A stretch of 64,000 bases of DNA, taken from IMG/VR virus record IMGVR_UViG_3300030055_000003, one strand, 5' to 3'. Shown here piece by piece: positions 20,610 through 29,547 of the stretch. Each line of letters begins with the position of its first letter. The stretch's first letter is position 1. This DNA is from a virus. Taxonomy: Duplodnaviria > Caudoviricetes. Position numbers and translations under genes: made by a program. Under the pieces are notes generated by a model. It ran no database searches. It had not been told where the DNA came from and saw only the letters and a list, made by a program, of their open reading frames with translations.

Positions 20610-21224
20610 TTATCCAACTTGTTCTGTAAATTTAATATCTGAAATTTTTATTTTTCCAGTAATTAACCTATCCCATTGTTCAATATACGCCTTGACAAAA
20701 TCATTTGGGGTATTTATACCATTAGGATACTTATCTTCTTCTATGGAAAATCCTCTTTCTACTGATCCTCCGTCAGTCTGTTTAAGTAAACTTAATAAAT
20801 ACTTAGATATTTCTGAATTAGAATTTAATTCAATTTTCCATTCTAAAAATGATAAAGGAATAACATATAACATTTCATTATTTATAATTATAAAATCTAT
20901 ACCTCTATTCTTATCAAATGTATTTGCTTTATTAACCATATTTACAATGGTTTTTAACATTTTTATCACATTAAATTCATTGTTGATACATTCCTTAATT
21001 AACCACTGAGAATATTTTGTATGAAATCTTACATATTCAACCATTCCTTTTTTCATATTTTGAATATTATACCTTTTACATAAATCTTGAGATTTTCTTT
21101 TTTCATTCAACATATTAATATTGAATTCAGATAATAAAGCTTCTTGTATAAAATCCTTAGACATTTTAAAATTATCACTTATCATAGGACTATTTATCCA
21201 ATATTCGCTCATAATTAAGCACAT
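20610..21224 (-). CDS. Hypothetical protein
   Basis: 204-aa ORF. Confidence 0.7.
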   Translation of the reverse strand: MCLIMSEYWINSPMISDNFKMSKDFIQEALLSEFNINMLNEKRKSQDLCKRYNIQNMKKGMVEYVRFHTKYSQWLIKECINNEFNVIKMLKTIVNMVNKANTFDKNRGIDFIIINNEMLYVIPLSFLEWKIELNSNSEISKYLLSLLKQTDGGSVERGFSIEEDKYPNGINTPNDFVKAYIEQWDRLITGKIKISDIKFTEQVG

Positions 21225-21300
21225 CCTTTCAAATTAATCAATGTTATTATATCCGCATATTTGAAAGAATATACATATTTCCAATTTTTCTTATTTTTAA

Positions 21301-22080
21301 TTAATTTATTTTAATATATTCTTTCTTTTTAAAGTCTATTGGTTTAAATAAATCTATGTCCTCTATAATATCTATAATTGTTCTTTTTTCACATCTATTT
21401 AACTTTGTATATCCTTGTAAGAATCCTTTAACTTTCCATAACCATTCATTATTCTCCAGTAAAGAATTATAAGTATCCTTTTTATAATTCTTTTTAAATT
21501 CTTCTGCCTGTATCAAAGTCAAGAATACATATTTTACTGGAATAGCTTTTTTATATTCTCTTGTATAGATTTGTTTACACTCAATTCTATCAATTGTATT
21601 TAAAAAAATATCATTCCAACGTTCAGAATATATCCAAACTTGAAGTCTACTAACTAAAACTTGATTATCAGATTTTTCACATTCTCTCTTTTGAATTTCC
21701 ACATACTTGAATTGCAATTCATCAAATAAACAAATATATTCATCATCTTCTTTATTGAAAGAATAATAGTAATTACCTTCATTATTCTTATAAACTTTTT
21801 TAGTTTCACTGTCTTCAATCTGCTTTTCCAAATAAATTGTTATTATAGGTCTATAACTTCTTCCTTTATCATCAGTTTTTCTAGCCTTAGCTTTTTTTAA
21901 CATTACTTTTTCATTATTGATAGAAACTCTTGTTCCTCCTACTTTGACCGATATAAATTCATCTATGTAACCTAAAAGGTTATTATTATTATCAATTATG
22001 CAATAATAATCATTAGATAATATTTCATAATCTTGTATTAATATGTAGTCCATTTTTACGCATCTCCTTATTAATATCAC
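21301..22080 (-). CDS. Hypothetical protein
   Basis: 259-aa ORF (true start may be MDY). Confidence 0.7.
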   Translation of the reverse strand: MILIRRCVKMDYILIQDYEILSNDYYCIIDNNNNLLGYIDEFISVKVGGTRVSINNEKVMLKKAKARKTDDKGRSYRPIITIYLEKQIEDSETKKVYKNNEGNYYYSFNKEDDEYICLFDELQFKYVEIQKRECEKSDNQVLVSRLQVWIYSERWNDIFLNTIDRIECKQIYTREYKKAIPVKYVFLTLIQAEEFKKNYKKDTYNSLLENNEWLWKVKGFLQGYTKLNRCEKRTIIDIIEDIDLFKPIDFKKKEYIKIN

Positions 22081-22133
22081 AATTTTAGATTAAATTATAA
22101 TTTATTTTTATATTCACTTAACATTTTACTTAC

Positions 22134-22556
22134 TTATATATAACATTCGGTACAATATAACATATAACCATTCTCAGTTTTAGTTGGTAACTCATCTTTG
22201 TATCTTAAATCAAAATCTTCATAAAATTCTTTCTTACAACTAGGACAATAACATTTTATAGATGTTGTATTTATATTAAATGTTACATAACCAATATCTT
22301 GAGCTTTAATATTGTACACATTACAATATTTCATAAATTCATTAATATCATCAAATCCAATAAATTTACTATCATATAATCCTTTATTGGTAATAAATAA
22401 GAATGGATTTTTAATATCTTATATAGTTGGTTTTAATATTACTTTCACATATTCTTTATTTTTTAAATAATAATCTGTATCAAAACAGGCTATATATTGT
22501 TTAAAATTAGGTTCTGTTCTTAGTATTATATTTTTAGTTTTCTTTGTTAATTTCAT
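22134..22556 (-). pseudogene. Zn-finger hypothetical gene interrupted by an in-frame TAA
   Basis: RBS+ATG at 22556 is in frame with 22134..22334; single TAA at 22419-22421. Confidence 0.65.
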
Positions 22557-22721
22557 CAGTTCCTCCTTTAATAATTACGAATATCTTTAAATTTAACCGA
22601 TATATTCACTCCATATTCTTTTAACCTTTTAATTTTCTTTTGACATTTAATGTACTTCTTAACCTTTTTATAAAATCTTATTGGATTTAATATCATTCAA
22701 TCACCGCTTACTTCTATTAAT

Positions 22722-22916
22722 TTATTTAGTTCTTAATTTAAATAACTCATTTTGTATAATTAATGATTTAAATTCATATATAGGCATGTCATCATTATAG
22801 TTAGAAAAACTATTTATATCTATCCCTAAAGCTACTAACTTTTCATCCAACTCCTTTTCACTATATCCTGAATAATCTTCATAAAAATTACATTTAGATC
22901 TTAATCCTCTTTTCAT
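22722..22916 (-). CDS. Hypothetical protein
   Basis: Coupled ORF. Confidence 0.65.
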   Translation of the reverse strand: MKRGLRSKCNFYEDYSGYSEKELDEKLVALGIDINSFSNYNDDMPIYEFKSLIIQNELFKLRTK

Positions 22917-22917
22917 A

Positions 22918-23325
22918 TTATTCGCCTTCTCTCAAATAATCAAACCTTTTTAAATATATATATTTCTTTTTAAAGTCATTAGGTAGCTTACTCCATTGTT
23001 CATCTGAATATATTTCATGTTGTCTTCCTTTAACTCTATGACCTACAAAATATCCATATCCTCCACATTTAGGGCAATACTCATCATCTTCATTGTCTAT
23101 ACTAGATGACTCTTGATAGCCACAACTATCACAATAAGCTATTTCTTCTATATTTTCTTTAGTAATATCTATGATTATTTTCTTGCCTTTATAATACCAA
23201 GTTGGCTTTCTACCCTTTAATTTAGTTACCATTTCAAACAATATTCTTTCTACAACAGCAGTATCTTTAGAACTATGAATATAATTTTGAAAATTTTTAA
23301 TTTCTGATAAGTTTACTGTTTCCAT
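22918..23325 (-). CDS. Zn-ribbon hypothetical protein
   Basis: CDSC...CPKC. Confidence 0.7.
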   Translation of the reverse strand: METVNLSEIKNFQNYIHSSKDTAVVERILFEMVTKLKGRKPTWYYKGKKIIIDITKENIEEIAYCDSCGYQESSSIDNEDDEYCPKCGGYGYFVGHRVKGRQHEIYSDEQWSKLPNDFKKKYIYLKRFDYLREGE

Positions 23326-23386
23326 CTTTGTACCTCATACTTTCTATTAGTTTATTTCCTTTTAAAATTCACCATTTATTGGAATG

Positions 23387-23578
23387 TTATTTAGACTTTA
23401 ATTTATCTTCTATTTCTTTCAAAGTATATCCATCACATATGTACTCCATATCCTTATCAAAGCATGTCCAAAATGAACTACCACTATCAAATCCAAATGC
23501 TTTATCAAGTATACAATTATATTTATTTTCAATACTTTTCTTTGTTAAACTCATAATTATCTCCTTCCTACATTCCAT
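23387..23578 (-). CDS. Hypothetical protein
   Basis: Short ORF. Confidence 0.6.
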   Translation of the reverse strand: MECRKEIIMSLTKKSIENKYNCILDKAFGFDSGSSFWTCFDKDMEYICDGYTLKEIEDKLKSK

Positions 23579-23835
23579 AGTAAATTATTTTTCTTATATA
23601 TCGTTTCTAATAATATTTTTTGATACCATTTTAATTTAATACCTAAATAATCTTCGGCAAAATCTACTTGACTCTTGTATTTATTCTTAAACTTTATAAA
23701 TTCTTCTTTCCATATTTTATCTGTAATTTCTTCACAAATACTTCTATATTTTTCTTTAGAATAGTAATATGTACTTGAAATAATGTTATCTAACTCTTTA
23801 GAGAAATTCCATAATTCAAGCCTTTCTTCATTCAT
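23557..23835 (-). CDS. Hypothetical protein with terminase-N-like motif
   Basis: FAEDYLGIKLKWYQKILL. Confidence 0.55.
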   Translation of the reverse strand: MNEERLELWNFSKELDNIISSTYYYSKEKYRSICEEITDKIWKEEFIKFKNKYKSQVDFAEDYLGIKLKWYQKILLETIYKKNNLLWNVGRR

Positions 23836-23837
23836 AT

Positions 23838-24212
23838 CTATCTCACTCCTTCAATCTTCTTGATTTTATTCATTAATGATTCCTGCTTATATATTTCAAC
23901 CTCTAATCGTAAATTGTAATTCGCTTTAAGAATACTATCATATTCTTTTCTTAACCCCTTATAAGCCTTATCAAATCCATTTTTGATCTCATCTATGTAT
24001 TCTAAGTCATTAATCTTAATTGACTTAACTATAGGGTTTATTTCCTGTTTGTTTGCTTGATTCTTTAACATTACATTAGTAAAAGTCAGTTTCTTTATAC
24101 TCTTATCTTTCTCCTTAATCTTATCTTGAATCAGTAAACATAAGTTTTCTGAGTGCATATTGATTCCTAGTACATTTGCTATTCTTTGTAATTCATTTGT
24201 CATTTTAATCAT
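23838..24212 (-). CDS. Coiled-coil hypothetical protein
   Basis: ORF with RBS. Confidence 0.7.
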   Translation of the reverse strand: MIKMTNELQRIANVLGINMHSENLCLLIQDKIKEKDKSIKKLTFTNVMLKNQANKQEINPIVKSIKINDLEYIDEIKNGFDKAYKGLRKEYDSILKANYNLRLEVEIYKQESLMNKIKKIEGVR

Positions 24213-24397
24213 CCTTCTTTCATTTATTATTATCTTAATTTGTTTCCTTTGAATATTTAGCTTTCAAATCATAAACCCTATTGCATATTGTTTTTTCATT
24301 AATCATTTCATTATATGCACATTTATAACAGCTATTAAATTTACATTCTTTGTCAATAATTCTATCAGCTTCTAATATTAATTCTTTAATCATATAT

Positions 24398-24820
24398 TTA
24401 TTCCTCCTCTAAGAACTTATTACATACAAAATTATTATAATCTTTTATTTGTGTATATAATCCTATTAAATCTTCCATAACTTTATCCTTGACATAACAT
24501 CCAGCAAAAGTATCTAATTGAAATTGCCCTATTATTTCATCTGTAGCCTTTGGACATGATTTTAATAATCTTTCTTTAGCCAATTCATCAGCTTGATTCT
24601 TATTTAAAAATGGTTTTATTCTTTTTTCTATTACTTTAGATATAAATTTTCTTTTATCTTTAAAGTAATTAATTGTTTCTAATTTTAATTCATTTTGTTC
24701 ATATTTTGTATTTAGTAAATCACACAATTCTTCTGTTATTTGTTCTCCATAATAATATTTGTCTTTATATTCAATCCAACTGCCTATAGTTAATCCAAAT
24801 CTTATTTTACTTTTATTCAT
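24398..24820 (-). CDS. Hypothetical protein
   Basis: ORF with RBS. Confidence 0.7.
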   Translation of the reverse strand: MNKSKIRFGLTIGSWIEYKDKYYYGEQITEELCDLLNTKYEQNELKLETINYFKDKRKFISKVIEKRIKPFLNKNQADELAKERLLKSCPKATDEIIGQFQLDTFAGCYVKDKVMEDLIGLYTQIKDYNNFVCNKFLEEE

Positions 24821-25021
24821 TTTATATTCCTCCTCACTCTTCTTAAAATCTCAATTTATTTAGTTATATTTCTATTAATTTATTGACTACCATACTATTT
24901 TTAATTCTTCTTGGATTTCTTGGTCAATGTTATTTATAGTAATATATACTTTAAATAAGCCACTTAACACAATCAATCCAAATGTAAACATTATTAATTT
25001 TAACATACTTTTATCCTCCTC

Positions 25022-25687
25022 TTAATGATTAGTTACACTCTTTTTTCTATCAATGAATTCTATATACTGTTCTTTTTCATTGATTATATATCTTTTATAA
25101 GCTGACTTCCTATTCTCAATTACATTATTTTTATTCTTTTCTGAAGTATATCTTAATTTAATATTACTACCTTTAAATTTAGGGACTCTTTCAGATGCTT
25201 CATATATTTTACTTTCATCTGAATTAAATTCATTCAAATCATCACTTGCTTTTTTACTATAAACAATATTGTTAACTATATTTTCTACTTCTTCTAAAAT
25301 ATCCCCAGTCATTTCTAATTGCCTTTTATGATATCCGTTTTCAAAATTCAATTTTTCCAAACTATTTGCTTGTCCATTAATGTTTGATTCTTTTATAGAA
25401 AATCCTCCTAATTGTTTAATTAATAATTCCATAGTTTTTAACTCATTCTTTGTTGTTCTCCTTGCTTTTCTTAATTTGTTTAATGCTTTGCAAAACTTCC
25501 ATCCAGTATACAAACTAAACTTTTCTAACCCTTCAATCTTATGTAATAAATCCTGTTGAACATCATTAAATACTTTATCTTTTATCCTAAGTTTATTATA
25601 ATATTCTTTAGCTTCTGTAATTTGTTTATTAATTTCATTGGCATAATCTACTGCAATACACATTTTCATCTTTCCTTTCACTATCAT
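25022..25687 (-). CDS. Coiled-coil hypothetical protein
   Basis: Downstream of sigmaA promoter (25716-25742). Confidence 0.7.
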   Translation of the reverse strand: MIVKGKMKMCIAVDYANEINKQITEAKEYYNKLRIKDKVFNDVQQDLLHKIEGLEKFSLYTGWKFCKALNKLRKARRTTKNELKTMELLIKQLGGFSIKESNINGQANSLEKLNFENGYHKRQLEMTGDILEEVENIVNNIVYSKKASDDLNEFNSDESKIYEASERVPKFKGSNIKLRYTSEKNKNNVIENRKSAYKRYIINEKEQYIEFIDRKKSVTNH

Positions 25688-25768
25688 TCTATTAATTTGT
25701 TTATATTAACAGTATAGTCTTGCCACATCTAAATGTCAATAGATTTCATGTTATTTTATATTAATTTA

Positions 25769-27364
25769 TTAAATATGTATTGATCTATTATCATATTGAA
25801 AATGCAATCCCTTGTATTCCTGTCCTGTATTGCAAGCATGAGTTATTCCTTTTCTATAAAGTTTTATTCCAAATTCTTTTTCACTATTTGTATAACATTC
25901 ATTTATTGATGTAAATTCTTTATTATACTCTATATTTATAATTGATTTTTTACTAGAATCTCTTATAAATTTCTTATATTCTATTAATCCCTCATCTTCC
26001 GCTTGTTTTAAATAATCTCCTATTACTGTATTATCTAAATTAAGTAGTCTACCTATTTCAGAAGCATTATGTATTCCATTATTCCATAATTCAATTGCAT
26101 TAATTACATTTTTATCATGAATTTCTACTGCTGATATATAATTGCATAGATTATATTCTCTTGCCCTTTTTAAGTACCTCTTAACAGTTTTAAAATCTAT
26201 ATCCATTATTTTAGCAATCTCCATATGTCCTACTCCTTGATTATAATATTCACAAGCTTTAACTAAATACGAACTTAAAGATTCTTGTTCACATAAATTC
26301 CAATTAATTTTAGATATATCAAATAGTTTATTAATTTTTTCATTGTTTAATATATTATTTTTTATGTATTCAAATTTACTATACCTACAGTCAATTACTA
26401 TGTAATTTTCTTCTTTTATATTATTACTTAAAGCTAGTTTTTCTTTTAATTTATCATTTTCAGACTCTTCGTAATAACTTCTTCTAGAAAAACTACATTC
26501 TTCATAATGCTGAAGTCCATTTGTTTCTATCACAATGTTATTATGTTCTATATAAAAATCATATTCTTTGTTACCACATAAAGACTCTATTTCTGATAAT
26601 ACATTTTTAGACCAATCAAAATGTTTATGTCTTTTTATTTGTAAATTTAATTGTTTAAGTAGATTATATGTAAATTTTTCACCATAACTAAATCCGTCAG
26701 AACAAACTTGACAACAAATATCTTTTTCTCGATATAATGTAGATATTGCCATATTATCTCTTGGAACTTTACAAATCGGACAATGTAATAATCCTTTGTC
26801 TTGGCTTCCAAATGTTCTTGATTCTGCATCTTTAGTATTTTTAAAAAACTTAACCATCCACGGGTCTGTATCAGCGATTGTATTAATTCCTAAAACTGGT
26901 ACTTTATTAGAGCAACATCCACAACCTTGTTTCTTTTTCAAATTTCCCTCATTTATTCTTCCATTTTCCCAACCACATTCTAAGCATTCAAATATATATT
27001 CTTTTGTATTATCATTTTTATTTCTTGATTGTTCTTTAATCTTTATTTTTCCAGTAGATACTTCGATAATATCTCCTACATTGTAATAATGTTTACGTGT
27101 ATTTATTCCTAATAATTCACCTAATTGGCAATTCTGAAAATTACCTGTCCATATGTAAAATATATCTTTATTTAAATATTTTAAACCTAATATAGTTAGA
27201 CTATTTTCTCTTTTTACTTCTACAATTTCAACCCAACCTTCTTTATCATAATAAATAAATTTAACTTTATGACTTTTACATTCAAACCAATTTATTAAAC
27301 TATTGTTATTCTTTTTTCTAGGTAAATTTTCTAAAAATACTTTTCTAATTTTATTTTCTTTCAT
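25769..27364 (-). CDS. Putative homing endonuclease (Zn-ribbons, PD-(D/E)xK domain, HTH/NUMOD1-like tail)
   Basis: CLEC, CGCC, CPIC, CQVC; SYGE...KEYDFYIE...IETNGLQHY; C-terminal FTSINEC...ITHAC. Confidence 0.75.
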   Translation of the reverse strand: MKENKIRKVFLENLPRKKNNNSLINWFECKSHKVKFIYYDKEGWVEIVEVKRENSLTILGLKYLNKDIFYIWTGNFQNCQLGELLGINTRKHYYNVGDIIEVSTGKIKIKEQSRNKNDNTKEYIFECLECGWENGRINEGNLKKKQGCGCCSNKVPVLGINTIADTDPWMVKFFKNTKDAESRTFGSQDKGLLHCPICKVPRDNMAISTLYREKDICCQVCSDGFSYGEKFTYNLLKQLNLQIKRHKHFDWSKNVLSEIESLCGNKEYDFYIEHNNIVIETNGLQHYEECSFSRRSYYEESENDKLKEKLALSNNIKEENYIVIDCRYSKFEYIKNNILNNEKINKLFDISKINWNLCEQESLSSYLVKACEYYNQGVGHMEIAKIMDIDFKTVKRYLKRAREYNLCNYISAVEIHDKNVINAIELWNNGIHNASEIGRLLNLDNTVIGDYLKQAEDEGLIEYKKFIRDSSKKSIINIEYNKEFTSINECYTNSEKEFGIKLYRKGITHACNTGQEYKGLHFQYDNRSIHI

Positions 27365-27406
27365 TAACTATTCTCCTCTATTAATTTATTTTTAATATTA
27401 CAAAGA

Positions 27407-27436
27407 ACACAAACCAAGATTACTCCTAGTTTGTGT
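27407..27436 (-). terminator. Intrinsic terminator after pro-peptide gene
   Basis: ACACAAACTAGGA-GTAA-TCTTGGTTTGTGT stem with GNRA loop, followed by TCTTT. Confidence 0.8.
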
Positions 27437-27469
27437 CTTGTTGTTATGTATTTGTTTTAGTTACAATTC

Positions 27470-27574
27470 CTAGCCTCTACCAGAGCTAATTGCGTAACAA
27501 CTTATTTGACTAGCCATTGTAGCGATTGCTATTACTGCCATTAAAACAAATACTTTTACTTTTGATTTATTCAT
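27470..27574 (-). CDS. 34-aa secreted signalling pro-peptide (AimP/Phr-like); predicted mature ISSGRG
   Basis: Not in ORF track; AGGAGGTGAA RBS 6 nt before ATG; MNKSKVKVFVLMAVIAIATMASQISCYAISSGRG = basic N-region, hydrophobic core, C-Y-A cleavage site. Confidence 0.8.
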   Translation of the reverse strand: MNKSKVKVFVLMAVIAIATMASQISCYAISSGRG

Positions 27575-27589
27575 TTGTACTTCACCTCC

Positions 27590-27643
27590 TTCATATGCAT
27601 CTTTTCAACACAAAATATATTTATGCTGAAGTATGCATATGAA
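27590..27643. repeat. 11-bp inverted repeat abutting the pro-peptide RBS
   Basis: TTCATATGCAT (27590-27600) / ATGCATATGAA (27633-27643). Confidence 0.7.
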
Positions 27644-27668
27644 TAGAAGGATAACATTTAGTTATTTA

Positions 27669-28325
27669 TTAGCATGTACCATATTTTACTTTTATTTGTT
27701 GTTGCAATAACAATATTTTCTCACACAATATAATATTTATATTGTTTACCTCCTTTATTAATTCTTGAAAAGCCTCATCATATTGTGATGAATTGTTATG
27801 TATTAGCATGTCCTCTGCAACCACAAGGACATTACTAAAATTTTTTTCTAATAAACTTAAATTTAGTTTAGCAATAAGCTTTTCTAAATAACCTTCAACA
27901 TTATATGGATCACATCTTTTATAAGTTTCATAACAAAATTTATAAATTTTTATTAATTCTTCATTTGATAATTCTTTTTTATAGCAATGAACATAATTAT
28001 TTAAAGCTTTTGCATAGTCTTGTTTATGTCTTTGTGTGGTTAAATAATTAGGATAGTTCTCTAATTTTTCTTTAAGTTCTTTTGAATATAATCTAGCCGA
28101 GGTTATACTACCATTTAAATTTTGTTCAATACATTTTATTTCAGCATTTGTTAAATCACTTAATAATAATCTTATTTCATCTATATCTTTTAATGAATCT
28201 ATTTCTTGAAACCTCATTTTTTTTAGCATATTCCTAGCTTTTTCCACTCCATTTATCTCATTATCCCATTTATGATATACATCACTTTCTATCCTATCTG
28301 TTACGCTTCTTCTCTTATTTATCAT
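27669..28325 (-). CDS. All-helical TPR-like protein, candidate peptide receptor (RRNPP-like, no HTH)
   Basis: Amphipathic helical repeats with Asn motifs (YAKALNNY, AKLNLSLL); directly upstream of the pro-peptide gene. Confidence 0.55.
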   Translation of the reverse strand: MINKRRSVTDRIESDVYHKWDNEINGVEKARNMLKKMRFQEIDSLKDIDEIRLLLSDLTNAEIKCIEQNLNGSITSARLYSKELKEKLENYPNYLTTQRHKQDYAKALNNYVHCYKKELSNEELIKIYKFCYETYKRCDPYNVEGYLEKLIAKLNLSLLEKNFSNVLVVAEDMLIHNNSSQYDEAFQELIKEVNNINIILCEKILLLQQQIKVKYGTC

Positions 28326-28350
28326 TTTCTCATCCCCATTCCACCATAAG

Positions 28351-29154
28351 TTATATTGCTATCACTTCTTTTTCTTTCTCACATTGCATATAAAATTCCC
28401 TGTAATTTAGATTATTATCTTCACAATATATTTGTAATTCATATAATAAATCACTTCTTTCTTTTCGCAGAAGGTCGATTAAACTTTCTGTTTTGGTTTC
28501 TATAATTAATTCTTCACAATTCTTAATAGCATTTAATCGTTTGTTTATTTTATTTTGCATATATCTAGGCAGTTTTTCAAGTGGAGTCTTTTCTTGTAAT
28601 TCATTCATTGAAATATCTTTTGCTATTTTAATTTTCTTTTTTGTTATATCATCAAGTACTCCAACTCTGCTTTTAATTCTTCTTTTATCTAAAGTTCTTA
28701 CTTGCTCTAGCATAACTATTGAATCTTTAGGTAATCCAAATTGACCTGCTGAAATCTCGACATGCGTTGGAAGTTTACTTTTAGTTTGTTGGCTTGTAAC
28801 AAATGCTACTATAACAGTAGGAGAATACTTATTTCCAATTTCGTTCTGTATACAAATAGCGAATCTGTCATTATTTTGTTCGCTCCATCGCCCCCCATCT
28901 AAATTGACATATAATACCTCACCCCATTCAATATCCTTTAAATCTATATTATTATTTATTTTATTATCAGCAATATTTCTATTGCTATGTACATTGTTAA
29001 CTTCTATTTTTACTTGTTTAATTTGTTTATTAATATCTAGGTCTTTAACTTCTATCTTTGCTTCAATTAACTTATTATCATTCTTTAATTCCTCTTTATC
29101 CATTTCCAACTTAATCATCATTAGTTGTTCTCTTAACTCTAACATTACAACCAC
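28351..29154 (-). CDS. mazF: PemK/MazF (NdoA-like) endoribonuclease with N- and C-terminal extensions
   Basis: GEVLYVNL..SEQ..DRFAICIQNEIGNKYSPTVIVAFVTS...KLPTHVEI...DSIVMLEQVRTLDKRRI. Confidence 0.9.
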   Translation of the reverse strand: MVVMLELREQLMMIKLEMDKEELKNDNKLIEAKIEVKDLDINKQIKQVKIEVNNVHSNRNIADNKINNNIDLKDIEWGEVLYVNLDGGRWSEQNNDRFAICIQNEIGNKYSPTVIVAFVTSQQTKSKLPTHVEISAGQFGLPKDSIVMLEQVRTLDKRRIKSRVGVLDDITKKKIKIAKDISMNELQEKTPLEKLPRYMQNKINKRLNAIKNCEELIIETKTESLIDLLRKERSDLLYELQIYCEDNNLNYREFYMQCEKEKEVIAI

Positions 29155-29226
29155 CTTCCTCTAATTATTAAATCCCTTTAAAATTACTTTTTTATTATAT
29201 TAATTTGTTCCTGTTTCTATACTCTT

Positions 29227-29434
29227 ATGTTACATCTTATTTCCAAACTTGTCAATACTTTTTTTAAAATATTTATTTATTTCTTTTAATTTATTGACTT
29301 GTTCCTTATGAATATTATCCTACCACCATGTGGTAACTCTGTCAATACTTTTTTAAATTTATTTTTGTTCTTTTATTAATTTGTTTGTATCTCTTCTATG
29401 ACCTAATAATATACCCTACGGAATATAATGTCAA
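29227..29434 (-). promoter_or_regulatory. Three tandem sigmaA promoters upstream of the mazF-receptor-peptide operon
   Basis: TTGACA at 29250-55, 29340-45 and 29429-34, each with a -10-like hexamer at 17 nt. Confidence 0.7.
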
Positions 29435-29524
29435 CACTTTTATCAAAATAATTTGTAGTTCTGTTAATTTATTTTAAACACTCCTTAAACATAGCAAATA
29501 AGCCAAATAAATAAACAAAAAGAA

Positions 29525-29547
29525 AAGGTTGGATGCTTGCTCCAACC
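29525..29547 (-). terminator. Intrinsic terminator after MrpR-like gene
   Basis: AGGTTGGA..TCCAACCT followed by T-rich tract. Confidence 0.75.
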
